Positions 9,214 to 18,244 of a stretch of 48,920 nucleotides of DNA are shown here, one piece after another (within the stretch, counting starts at the first letter, position 1; each line of letters starts with the position of its first letter). Made by a program: the position numbers and the translations under genes. This DNA is from Gemmatimonadales bacterium (lineage in GTDB: Bacteria > Gemmatimonadota > Gemmatimonadetes > Gemmatimonadales > GWC2-71-9). Location of the stretch: positions 1 to 48,920 of the forward strand of contig JBFJHJ010000024.1 of assembly GCA_041613315.1 (NCBI GenBank), in the 5' to 3' direction. The notes under the pieces were generated by a model. That model was not told the DNA's origin and made no database searches. It was given only the letters and a program-made list of their open reading frames with translations.

Positions 9214-10287
9214 TCAGACCATCGGATGGCGGTGGGCCGCCGCATACCGGCCCGTGACGAAGTGCTCGAGTTGGCGCTCGATATCGGTGAGCAGGCCGCT
9301 CGCCCCGATGCGGAACAGGTCGGCCCGGAGCCAGCGGCCGCCCAGTTCTTCCTTCATGAGGATCAGCCAGTCGAGCGCTGACTTGGCGTGGCGGATGCCG
9401 CCGGCGGGCTTGAAGCCCACGGCGTGGCCGGTGCGCTCGTGGTAGGCGCGGATCATGCGCGTCATGACGATGCCGACGGGCAGTGTCGCGTTGACGGGTT
9501 CCTTGCCGGTCGAGGTCTTGATGAAATCCGCCCCCGCGGTCATCGCCACCCAGCTGGCACGGGCCACGTTCGTCAGCGTGGCCAACTCGCCGGTCGCCAG
9601 AATGACCTTCATGTGGGCGGCCCCGCACGCCTCACGGAAGGCGCGAACCTCGTCGTACAGCGCCTCCCATTGGCCAGTGAGCACGTGGGCCCGCGTGATC
9701 ACGACGTCGATCTCGTCGGCACCGGCGGCGACCGAGGCCCGGGCTTCCTCGAGTCGCTGCGCGAAGGGGTTGAGCCCGGCCGGGAACCCCGTGGACACCG
9801 CGGCCACCTTGAGGTGGGACCCGGCAAGCGCGCGGACGGCCGTCGGCACCAGCGCGTGGTAGACGCACACCGCCGCCACTGTGAGCCCGAGGTGCCGGAC
9901 GCCGAGCGCGTCCACCAGGTCATCGCGCAGCGGGTGGCGCGCCTTGGCGCACAGCCGCAGCACGTTCCCCGGCGTGTCGTCTCCCGAGAGCGTCGTGAGA
10001 TCCAGGCAGGTGATGGCGCGGAGCAACCACGCGGCCTGCCACTCCTTCTTGACGGTGCGGCGCCGCGGCAGGGTATCCGCGCGGCGCTCCACCGCGCTCC
10101 GGTTGACGCGCAGCGCCCGGACCGTGTCGAGGTCGAGGGGGATGCCCGGATTGCGATCGTGCTCGCGCTGGGGGACCGGTCGATCGGCCACGACGGCCGG
10201 ACGTGATGCGGCGCCCCGCGTGGCGGGTTTGGCGAGCGTGCCAGGATCGCGCGTTGCTTTCATGGACTCGATCGGTCGTCGTGCCAT
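9214..10287 (-). CDS. deoC: Deoxyribose-phosphate aldolase (long DERA type)
   Basis: DLTTLSGDDT, AAVCVY, GADEIDVVI, GADFIKTSTGK, GFKPAGGIR, FRIGASGLL. Confidence 0.95.
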   Translation of the reverse strand: MARRPIESMKATRDPGTLAKPATRGAASRPAVVADRPVPQREHDRNPGIPLDLDTVRALRVNRSAVERRADTLPRRRTVKKEWQAAWLLRAITCLDLTTLSGDDTPGNVLRLCAKARHPLRDDLVDALGVRHLGLTVAAVCVYHALVPTAVRALAGSHLKVAAVSTGFPAGLNPFAQRLEEARASVAAGADEIDVVITRAHVLTGQWEALYDEVRAFREACGAAHMKVILATGELATLTNVARASWVAMTAGADFIKTSTGKEPVNATLPVGIVMTRMIRAYHERTGHAVGFKPAGGIRHAKSALDWLILMKEELGGRWLRADLFRIGASGLLTDIERQLEHFVTGRYAAAHRHPMV

Positions 10288-10341
10288 TTCCGGCTATCAA
10301 TCTAAGCAATTGCCTCGGCACGCCTAGGTCGGCGCCCGCGG

Positions 10342-10371
10342 TTGCGGCACGCCACGCGCGGCGCCTATACT
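10342..10371 (+). promoter_or_regulatory. Sigma70-type promoter TTGCGG-N18-TATACT for lpxH
   Basis: TATACT at 10366-10371 in otherwise GC-rich DNA, 6 nt before GTG 10378. Confidence 0.5.
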
Positions 10372-10377
10372 GCCCGC

Positions 10378-11112
10378 GTGCCCGCCGATACCGTGATCGT
10401 CGTCTCGGATGCCCACCTGGGTGCGGTTCCCGGCGCCGTCGCGGAGGCGTTCCACCGATTTCTCGGTGTCGTGCCCACGCTTGCCGACCACCTCGTGCTC
10501 AACGGGGACCTCTTCGAGTTCTGGTTCGAGTACCGCGAGGTGATTCCGCGGGCGGCGTTTGCCACGTTGGCGGCGCTGTGGGCGCTGCGCCGCGCGGGCG
10601 TGCGAGTGTCGGTCACCGGGGGGAACCACGATCGGTGGGGCGGCCACTTTTGGCGCACCGAGCTGGGAGCCGATTTCCACGCCGACGGGGCCGAGCTCGA
10701 GCTCGCGGGCCATCGCGCGCTCGTCGCGCACGGGGACGGGATCGAGGAGCCCGACGCCGGATCGCGGGTTCTGCGGGCCGTGACGCGGCATCGGCTCACC
10801 GCTACCATGTTCCGATGGCTCCATCCGGATGCCGGCCTCGCGCTTATACGGCGCTTCGGGTGGGTGCTGGCCCGCCGCCCGGACGACGAGGACGACCTCG
10901 CCGATGCCGCGCGCCATCAAGCAGCCGCGGCCCGCAACCTCTTGGTCACGCGGCCGGATCTCGGGCTCGTCATCTTCGGGCACACACATCGGCCGGCCCT
11001 CGAGGCCGTAGGTCCGGGCCGGTGGTACCTGAACCCCGGAGCGTGGATGGACGGCCTGCGTTACGCCCGCATCACGAGGACCGGACCGGAGCTGGCGCAG
11101 TTCGACGGGTAG
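10378..11112 (+). CDS. lpxH: UDP-2,3-diacylglucosamine diphosphatase (LpxH-like metallophosphoesterase)
   Basis: SDAHLG, GDLFEFW, GNHD, HGD, FGHTH, YLNPGAW motifs. Confidence 0.8.
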   Translation: MPADTVIVVSDAHLGAVPGAVAEAFHRFLGVVPTLADHLVLNGDLFEFWFEYREVIPRAAFATLAALWALRRAGVRVSVTGGNHDRWGGHFWRTELGADFHADGAELELAGHRALVAHGDGIEEPDAGSRVLRAVTRHRLTATMFRWLHPDAGLALIRRFGWVLARRPDDEDDLADAARHQAAAARNLLVTRPDLGLVIFGHTHRPALEAVGPGRWYLNPGAWMDGLRYARITRTGPELAQFDG

Positions 11113-11133
11113 CGAGGGTGCCAACCCACCCCC

Positions 11134-11628
11134 CTAGAACCGTATGGCGACTCCCATGCCGAGATCACCGCTCGGCAGCACCGTCGAGGTTAGATCGCCG
11201 GGGAAGTCCCACAGATGTGCGGAGACGAAGGCCTCCGCGCCCGCCACGAGGTGATTGAACGCGAGCAGGACCGCCCAGTCCTGCACTTCCTGCCGCTTCG
11301 CCTCGACGGTGGCGGCGCCGATCGCCTCCTGATAGTGGAGCTGGTGCACCGACTTGATCGTCATCGTCAGGGCGAGGCCCTCGAAAAAAATAAACCACGC
11401 GCCGGTGCCGCGCCGCTCCAGCACCGACTGGCCCCATCCCGGGACGAGGAGCGAGCGCCACATGGCACCCATCGGGGAGACGGGCGGCTCGAAGCGGAAC
11501 TTGGGAACCGTGATCGTGTCGGCGGGCTGGCGCTGGGGCTGGCGCGGGCGCGGCGGCGGTGGGACCTGTGCCGTCGTCACTGCCGGCCACGCAATCGCGC
11601 ACAGGAGGGCAACCGTCACGACGCGCAT
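11134..11628 (-). CDS. Hypothetical exported/membrane protein (DUF5683-like)
   Basis: Signal peptide MRVVTVALLCAIAWPAVTTAQ; SP.GA.WRSLLVPGWGQ motif; C-terminal F. Confidence 0.55.
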   Translation of the reverse strand: MRVVTVALLCAIAWPAVTTAQVPPPPRPRQPQRQPADTITVPKFRFEPPVSPMGAMWRSLLVPGWGQSVLERRGTGAWFIFFEGLALTMTIKSVHQLHYQEAIGAATVEAKRQEVQDWAVLLAFNHLVAGAEAFVSAHLWDFPGDLTSTVLPSGDLGMGVAIRF

Positions 11629-12530
11629 AGGACCCGCAGGCGGCCAGGCACGACTTCGATCTCGACTCGATCGGTGGGCGGCATGCGCAGCTCGCCGTCC
11701 AGATGGAGCGCGAGGGGGCCACCGACTCGCCGGACGCTGAGGCGCGCCGTGCGGAACATCGACACCGGGGGCAGCCCCCCATGGGTTCCCCGGATCACCC
11801 GCGGCAGGTAACGGAGGAACTTCCACAGCCCGACCTCGCGGATGAGGCACACGTCGAACAACCCGTCGTCGGGTTGGGCGTCGGGCGTGAGCCGGAAGCC
11901 GCCACCCGCCGTGCGGCCGATGCCGATCTCGAGGAGAGTCAGCCGCGCCTCCGCTCGGTGCTCCCGCGTCGAGACCGAGAGTTCGGGAGCCCGAAAGCGC
12001 GCGAAGGCCATACAGGCCGCGGCGAGGTACAGCGGAAAGGCGCGGAGGCGTCGGATGCCCAGCGCCTGACGCACGACCTCGGCGCCGAAGCCCACCCCCA
12101 TGCTGTTCACGAAGTACTCGCCCAACACCCGACCCACGTCCAGGCGTCGTTCGACGCCCCGGAGCACGACCGGCAGGGTGCGTGCCACCGGGCCCTTGGC
12201 GATTCCAACGACGCGCGCGTAATCGTTGCCGCTCCCGACGGGGACGTGACCCAGGACCACGTCGGTCCCCCCCCGCCGCAGGAGTCCGTTGGCGACGCCG
12301 TGCACCGTTCCGTCGCCCCCCGATGCAATCACCACCGGCCATCCCTCGTCGTGCGCGGCGGCTGCCAACGCCACTTCGTCACCGGCGCGCCGCGTCGCGC
12401 GGATCTCGACGTCCCAGCCCTCGCGCTGCGCCGCCGCCGAGAGCAACGGCTCGAGTCCCCGACCCTGGCCGCGCCCGGCTTCGGGGTTGTGGATGATGCA
12501 CGCGCGCTTGGTACCATCGTCCGTTCGCAC
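11616..12530 (-). CDS. Diacylglycerol/lipid kinase family protein (YegS/BmrU)
   Basis: IIHNPEAGRG, GGDGTVH, PVGSGND, GVGFGAEV, DDGLFDV, HLDGE. Confidence 0.9.
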   Translation of the reverse strand: MRTDDGTKRACIIHNPEAGRGQGRGLEPLLSAAAQREGWDVEIRATRRAGDEVALAAAAHDEGWPVVIASGGDGTVHGVANGLLRRGGTDVVLGHVPVGSGNDYARVVGIAKGPVARTLPVVLRGVERRLDVGRVLGEYFVNSMGVGFGAEVVRQALGIRRLRAFPLYLAAACMAFARFRAPELSVSTREHRAEARLTLLEIGIGRTAGGGFRLTPDAQPDDGLFDVCLIREVGLWKFLRYLPRVIRGTHGGLPPVSMFRTARLSVRRVGGPLALHLDGELRMPPTDRVEIEVVPGRLRVLCAS

Positions 12531-12668
12531 GCATCACTCCGCCGTTGACCCTTCGAGACAAACACGGCGCGGGACCCCAGGCGGGCCGCCGTCGCCACCT
12601 CGCCGCCGATCGCGCTCCCGTCTCGGCTTGCCGCCGCCGTTTCCGATACCGTTCTCCCACCGCCGTGG

Positions 12669-12765
12669 TGGCGGGAGCGTGTGGGAATCGAACCCACCGG
12701 AGCCGCCGAAGGCGCCTCCCAACGGTTTTGAAGACCGCACAGGCCACCAGGCCCGATCCGCCCCC
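12669..12765 (-). tRNA. selC: tRNA-Sec (anticodon UCA)
   Basis: 97 nt cloverleaf GGGGGCGG-AT-CGGGCC TGGT GGCCTG-TGCGGT CTTCAAA ACCGT-long variable arm-GTGGG TTCGATT CCCAC-ACGCTCCC-GCCA; anticodon TCA at 12729-12731; 6 bp D-stem with 4 nt loop; encoded CCA. Confidence 0.95.
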
Positions 12766-12773
12766 GCGGGCGT

Positions 12774-13151
12774 TCAGCCGGTCACGGCGATCGCGTCAAT
12801 CTCGACCCGCGCGTTCTTCGGGAGCGCGCCGGCCTGGACCGTGGACCTGGCCGGCTTGTGTGCGCCGAAGTGTCGCGCGTACACCTCGTTCATGGCTGGG
12901 AAATCCGCCATGTCGGCGAGGTACACCGTCGTCTTCACCACCCGCGATAAATCGCTCCCGGCGGCCTTGAGGACCGCCGCGAGATTCGTGAGCACGCGAT
13001 CGGTTTGGGACGCGATGTCCGTCCCCACGATCGTCATGGTGTGCGGATCCAGGGCAATCTGTCCTGCGGTGAACACCTCCCGGCCGACGACGATGGCCTG
13101 GCTGTACGGGCCGATCGCGGCGGGCGCGTCCTTGGTTGAGACGACGTTCAT
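12774..13151 (-). CDS. ridA: RidA/YjgF family enamine/imine deaminase
   Basis: APAAIGPYSQA, GQIALDP, MNEVYARHF, PARSTVQAGALP, VEID. Confidence 0.92.
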   Translation of the reverse strand: MNVVSTKDAPAAIGPYSQAIVVGREVFTAGQIALDPHTMTIVGTDIASQTDRVLTNLAAVLKAAGSDLSRVVKTTVYLADMADFPAMNEVYARHFGAHKPARSTVQAGALPKNARVEIDAIAVTG

Positions 13152-13166
13152 GCGAGTTGGCTCCGC

Positions 13167-14846
13167 TCAGAAGAGTCCGACGATGGTGCCGTCCGCGTCC
13201 ATTCGCATCGTCTCCGCGGCGGGCGCTTTGCCGAGGCCCGGCATGGTCATGATGTCGCCGGTCAGCACGACCACGAAACCCGCCCCCGCCGAGGGATATG
13301 CATCCCGAACGTGCAGGCGAAATCCGGTGGGCGCCCCGAGGCGCGCCGGATCGTCACTAAAAGAATACTGCGTTTTGGCCATGCAGATGGGGGTCTGGCC
13401 GAGACCGAACTCTTCCACCTGCTGCAACGCTCGGACCGCCTTGGGATCGTAGTCCACGCTATCGGCGCGATAGATGCGGGTGGCGATCGTCTCGATCTTG
13501 GCGCGGATCGGCTGCTGCACGTCGTAGAGCGGCTGGAAGGCCGCCGGGCCGCCGTCCAGCCGCTCCAGGACCAACTCGGCGACCTCGATGCCGCCCGCCC
13601 CTCCCTTCTCCCATACCTCGCACACGCCGAGGGGGGTTCCGGTGGCCTTTGCCGCGCGGCGCACGACCTCGATTTCCTCGGCGCGGTCGCTCGTGAACCG
13701 GTTGAGGGCCACGACCGCTGGGACGCCGAAGATCGTGAGGTTCTCCAGGTGTCGCGCGAGGTTCGCACAGCCGCGTTCGACCGCGGCTGGGTCCGGCGAC
13801 GCGAGCGCCTCCTTGCGCGCCCCGCCGTGGAGTTTGAGGGCCCGGATGGTCGCGACGACGATCGCCGCCTGCGGCTCGAGCCCGCCGGCGCGCGCCTTGA
13901 TGTCGAAGAACTTCTCCGCGCCGAGGTCGGCGCCGAATCCCGCTTCCGTGAGCACGACGTCCGCGAGGCGCAGGCCCATCTCGGTCGCGATGAGCGAGTT
14001 GCAGCCGTGCGCGATGTTGCCGAACGGGCCGCAGTGCAGGAACGCCGAGCCGCCTTCGAGCGTCTGGACCAGATTGGGGAGGAGCGCCTCCTTGAGCAGC
14101 AACGTCATGGCGCCCTCGGCCTTGAGGTCCCGCGCCCGGACCGGCTCCCGGTCGCCGGTGACGGCGACGATGATCCGGCCGAGCCGTTGCTCGAGATCCT
14201 CACGGCCGGTCGCCAGCGCCAGGATCGCCATGACCTCGCTGGCAGGAGTGATGACGAAGCGCTCCTCGCGCGGGATGCCGCCGAGCGCGCCGCCCAGGCC
14301 GACGACGACGTGCCGCAGGGAGCGGTCGTTCATGTCGATCGCCCGCGGCCAGGTGATACGGCGATGGTCGATGCCGAGCCGGTTGCCCTGGTGCAGGTGG
14401 TTGTCCAGCAGCGCCGACAGGAGGTTATGGGCGCTCGTGATCGCGTGGAAGTCGCCGGTGAAATGGAGGTTGATGTCCTCCATGGGGACCACTTGGGCGT
14501 AGCCCCCTCCGGCGGCCCCGCCTTTGATGCCGAACACCGGCCCGAGGCTCGGCTCGCGCAGGCACGCCACGGCGTTGCGGCCGAGCCGCTGCAACGCTTG
14601 CGCCACGCCGACGGTGACGGTGGACTTCCCCTCGCCGGCCGCCGTTGGACTGATCCCCGTCACGACGACCACACGTCCACGCCGCGGTCGGGTCTCGAGT
14701 GGGGCGAGGCGCACTTTCGCCTTGAAGTCGCCGTAGAGGATCAGGTCGTCGCGGGAGAGTCCAATGGCCTCCGCCACGTCGACGATGGGCTTGAGCCGCG
14801 CTCCTTGGGCGATGGCGATGTCCGTCGGGATGTTCGTCGTCGTCAT
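13167..14846 (-). CDS. fhs: Formate--tetrahydrofolate ligase
   Basis: PTAAGEGKST, GIKGGAAGGGYAQV, HFTGDFHAI, GPFGNIAHG, TEAGFGADLG, MAKTQYS; ATG overlaps the tatD stop. Confidence 0.96.
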   Translation of the reverse strand: MTTTNIPTDIAIAQGARLKPIVDVAEAIGLSRDDLILYGDFKAKVRLAPLETRPRRGRVVVVTGISPTAAGEGKSTVTVGVAQALQRLGRNAVACLREPSLGPVFGIKGGAAGGGYAQVVPMEDINLHFTGDFHAITSAHNLLSALLDNHLHQGNRLGIDHRRITWPRAIDMNDRSLRHVVVGLGGALGGIPREERFVITPASEVMAILALATGREDLEQRLGRIIVAVTGDREPVRARDLKAEGAMTLLLKEALLPNLVQTLEGGSAFLHCGPFGNIAHGCNSLIATEMGLRLADVVLTEAGFGADLGAEKFFDIKARAGGLEPQAAIVVATIRALKLHGGARKEALASPDPAAVERGCANLARHLENLTIFGVPAVVALNRFTSDRAEEIEVVRRAAKATGTPLGVCEVWEKGGAGGIEVAELVLERLDGGPAAFQPLYDVQQPIRAKIETIATRIYRADSVDYDPKAVRALQQVEEFGLGQTPICMAKTQYSFSDDPARLGAPTGFRLHVRDAYPSAGAGFVVVLTGDIMTMPGLGKAPAAETMRMDADGTIVGLF

Positions 14847-15631
14847 GAGGCGCGTCGGTCCTCCGGTGCCACGCGCGCGCCGAAACAGCGGATCGCGTTG
14901 GCCGTGGTGTGTTCGATCAGCGTCGCGGAGGGGACGCGCCGCAGCACGGCGAGCCGCTCCGCCACTCGTGTCACGAACGCCGGTTCGTTGCGTTTCCCGC
15001 GGTGCGGCACCGGGGCGAGGTATGGGGCGTCGGTTTCCACCAGCAGCCGGTCGAGCGGGCACTCCGCGACCCATCGATCCTGGTGCCAGCTGCGGAACGT
15101 GATCATCCCGCTGAAGGAAAAGTAGGCACCGGCCGCGAGCCCGGCCTCGAAGACCGCAACCCCAGAGCTGAAGGAGTGCAGCACGAGCGCCGACAGGCGC
15201 GAGCCCCATGCGGTGACCATTGCCGCCATATCGTCGTCGGCGTCGCGAGCGTGGACCACGACCGGGCGGCGCCGGTCGGCGGCCAGCGCGAGCTGCGCTT
15301 CGAACACGCGGCGCTGTACCGGCCGCGGTGAATGTTCGTAGTGGTAGTCGAGGCCCGTCTCGCCTACCGCGACAACGCGGGCGTCATCGAGGGCTTGGGC
15401 GATCCGCGCCGCCGTTTCGGGCGACCACGACGACGCTTCGTGCGGATGGACGCCCGCCGTGGCGGTGAGGTCGAAACGGTCGGCCAGGGCGCGCGCGCGA
15501 TCGGTCGTGGCGGCGGAATCGCCGATAATCACGATGTGGTCGACACCGGCCGCCCGCGCCCGCGCGACGACCTCGGGGCGGTCGGGGTCGAAGCGCGCGT
15601 CGCCTAAGTGGCAGTGGGTGTCGACCAGCAC
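14843..15631 (-). CDS. tatD: TatD family deoxyribonuclease
   Basis: DTHCHL, GVHPH, GETGLDY, HARDA, LHSFS, ETDAPYLAP. Confidence 0.92.
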   Translation of the reverse strand: MLVDTHCHLGDARFDPDRPEVVARARAAGVDHIVIIGDSAATTDRARALADRFDLTATAGVHPHEASSWSPETAARIAQALDDARVVAVGETGLDYHYEHSPRPVQRRVFEAQLALAADRRRPVVVHARDADDDMAAMVTAWGSRLSALVLHSFSSGVAVFEAGLAAGAYFSFSGMITFRSWHQDRWVAECPLDRLLVETDAPYLAPVPHRGKRNEPAFVTRVAERLAVLRRVPSATLIEHTTANAIRCFGARVAPEDRRAS

Positions 15632-15647
15632 CGGGCGCCGGGCCCGG

Positions 15648-16616
15648 TCAGGTCGCCACCGTCGCGCTCTGGGGCGCGAGGGATTTGGCGCCGCGGACGT
15701 CTTCGCCCGGCCAGCGGCGTTCGATGGCCAGCAGGACGGGTGACGCGATGTAGATGGACGAAAACGTGCCGATGATGATCCCGAACGTCATCATGATCGC
15801 AAACCCCTGGATCACCTTTCCACCGAAGATGACCAGGGCCACGGTGGCGAGGAGCGTGGTGACGCCGGTAAGCAGCGTGCGCGGCAGCGTTTCATTCACC
15901 GACCGGTTGAGCACGTCGTAGATGTTCGCGCGCTTGTACCGCCGCAGATTCTCTCGTACACGATCGAAGACGACGATGGTGTCGTTCAGCGAATATCCCA
16001 CGATGGTGAGCACGGCGGCGACGATCACCAGGCTGACCTCGAGGTTCAGCAGCGACAGAAACGCCAGCGACAGGCCAATGTCGTGGGCCGTGGCCGCGAC
16101 GGCGGCGATTCCGAAGCGCCACTCGAACCGCAGCCAGAGGTAAATGAGCGTGGCGCCGAACGACATGAGGATCGCCAAGAACACCTTCTGCCGCAATTCC
16201 GCGCCGACCTTGGGACCGATGGCCTCGGTGCGCAGAATGGTGTAGCCGTTGGGGCTGAACCGGTCGGCGAACGCGCTGTCCACCGCGGCCGCGGTCTGCT
16301 GCGTCGTTTCGTCGGTGACCTCGGCCCGCGGGTCGAGGCGGGCCCGAATGACGAATTCGCCAGCTGCGCCGAAGGACTGGATTTCGGCGTTCGGCAGATT
16401 CCGTTCGGTGAGGGCGGCGCGGATGTCCCCCGTGCCGACTTGGGCGCCGGCCAGCCGGACGTGGATCAGCGTCCCTCCCGTGAACTCGATGCTCTCGTTC
16501 AGCCCGCGATTCAGAAAGGCCGCCGCGCCCGGCAGGGCGATGAGCAGGGAGGCCACATATGCGTACTTGCGGACGCGCAGGAAGTCGTACTTCGCGTTCG
16601 CGAAGATCCGGATCAT
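15648..16616 (-). CDS. secF: Protein translocase subunit SecF
   Basis: IEFTGG, IGPKVGAEL, GYSLNDTIVVFDRVRE, TLPRT; ATG overlaps the secD stop (TAATG). Confidence 0.95.
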   Translation of the reverse strand: MIRIFANAKYDFLRVRKYAYVASLLIALPGAAAFLNRGLNESIEFTGGTLIHVRLAGAQVGTGDIRAALTERNLPNAEIQSFGAAGEFVIRARLDPRAEVTDETTQQTAAAVDSAFADRFSPNGYTILRTEAIGPKVGAELRQKVFLAILMSFGATLIYLWLRFEWRFGIAAVAATAHDIGLSLAFLSLLNLEVSLVIVAAVLTIVGYSLNDTIVVFDRVRENLRRYKRANIYDVLNRSVNETLPRTLLTGVTTLLATVALVIFGGKVIQGFAIMMTFGIIIGTFSSIYIASPVLLAIERRWPGEDVRGAKSLAPQSATVAT

Positions 16617-18220
16617 TAGATGGACAGCTCCTTGGTCGCCGAGGCGCGCTGGAGCCAGATGAGGAAGAGTGTGCGCGTCACGAACACCGCCGTGATGAAC
16701 GAAGCCACGATGCCGATGATCAGCGTGACGGCGAAGCCCTTGACCGGGCCGGTGCCGAACTGAAACAGGAACGCCGCGGTGATGATCGTGGTGAGGTTCG
16801 AGTCGACGATGGCCGACATCGCGTTCTCGAAACCGGCGTCCACGGCCAGACGGTTGGTCTTCCCCCCCTGGAGTTCCTCGCGTATGCGCTCGAAGATCAG
16901 GACGTTGGCGTCCACGGCCATCCCGACCGACAGGGCGAATCCCGCGAGCCCCGGCAGCGTGATCGTGGCGCCGAGGGAGGCCAGGCCGCCCAGCGTAAAC
17001 AGGCCGTACAGCATGAGCGCAAGCACCGCCAGCACCCCGGCCAGCCGATAGTAGGCGACGACGCAAATCACGATCGCCAGCGCGGACACCAGCACCGCCC
17101 GCTTTCCTTGCTCGATCGAGTCCCGCCCTAGGCTCGGCCCCACCGTGCGCTCCTCCACGATGTGCAGCGGGGCCGGCAAAGCACCGGCGCGGAGCACGAG
17201 GGCCAGGTCGTTCGCTTCCTGCAGACTGGCGGTCCCCAGCTCGATCTGGCCGCGCCGTCCGATCTCCGATCGGATGACGGGGGGCTTCCGGAAGACACGG
17301 CCGTCCAGCATGATCGCCATGAAGTCGTTGATGTGTTCGCGCGTCTCCCGTTGGAAGATCCGCCCTCCCGAACGCGTCAGCTCGAACGTCACCACCGCTT
17401 GGTTGGTGGTGGGGTCGATGGTCGCGCGGGCGTCGGTGAGCTGCTCGCCGGAGAGGACCGGCCGTCGCTCCACGGCGTAGAGCGGACGGTACGACCGGGC
17501 CCCCTTCGAGTCATCTTCCGAGCCCCAGACGAGCTCGATCCCCCGGGGCAGGTTCTGGCGCACGGTCGGGAGATTGATGAGACTGTCGGCCCGCGGGAAG
17601 TCCTCGCGCGGGACGTGAAACTCTCCGGGCACGTTGTCCGGGAATGTGACGAGCAGCGTGCTCAACGGCGCCGGTTCGTCCGCCGCTGCGGAGTCCCCCA
17701 GCAACTGCCCCAGCCCTCCGGGCGACGCGGCCCGGGCGCCGCCACGAACGCCCGCGGCGACGAGGGCGCGGTCGATCGCGGGCAGCGCGTCCCGGAACTG
17801 CTGCTGCATATCGGTGATGCGCCACTCGAGGAACGCGGAGCGCTGCACCACGGCCTTGGCCCGTGCCGGGTCGTCGATCCCGGCGAGCTCCACCACGATC
17901 CGATCGGTCCCCACCTTCTGAATCAGCGGTTCGGCGACGCCAAACTCGTCCACCCGCGTGCGCACGACCGTCAGCGCACGGTCCAGGGCATCGCTCGGGT
18001 TCGCCACGGGGCCCTTGCTCTGATCGACTTCGAGCGCGAGGTGAATGCCCCCTTGCAGGTCGAGCCCGAGGCTCAACGGCACCCGGCGGATCGTGTCGTC
18101 GCGCATGACGCCGTCGGGGCCGGGCGCTCGGATGGTGATGTCGCGGGGGACCAGCGACCAGCCGCTCCAGGCGACCAGGAGCAGGATCAGGATGAGGCGG
18201 TTTCGCAGCGTCGAGAGCAT
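16616..18220 (-). CDS. secD: Protein translocase subunit SecD
   Basis: LGLDLQGG, RVDEFGVAEP, LRAGALP, VGPSLG, GMAVDANVLIFERIRE. Confidence 0.96.
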   Translation of the reverse strand: MLSTLRNRLILILLLVAWSGWSLVPRDITIRAPGPDGVMRDDTIRRVPLSLGLDLQGGIHLALEVDQSKGPVANPSDALDRALTVVRTRVDEFGVAEPLIQKVGTDRIVVELAGIDDPARAKAVVQRSAFLEWRITDMQQQFRDALPAIDRALVAAGVRGGARAASPGGLGQLLGDSAAADEPAPLSTLLVTFPDNVPGEFHVPREDFPRADSLINLPTVRQNLPRGIELVWGSEDDSKGARSYRPLYAVERRPVLSGEQLTDARATIDPTTNQAVVTFELTRSGGRIFQRETREHINDFMAIMLDGRVFRKPPVIRSEIGRRGQIELGTASLQEANDLALVLRAGALPAPLHIVEERTVGPSLGRDSIEQGKRAVLVSALAIVICVVAYYRLAGVLAVLALMLYGLFTLGGLASLGATITLPGLAGFALSVGMAVDANVLIFERIREELQGGKTNRLAVDAGFENAMSAIVDSNLTTIITAAFLFQFGTGPVKGFAVTLIIGIVASFITAVFVTRTLFLIWLQRASATKELSI

Positions 18221-18244
18221 GGCGTCGTGATGAACCGGAAAGGG

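Noticed and set aside
12531..12690. Island integrated at the selC 3' end, or a trailer pairing with the acceptor stem (CGGGAGCG match near 12613-12620)
   Set aside because: No duplicated tRNA 3' end or integrase was seen; an 8 bp GC match is expected by chance.
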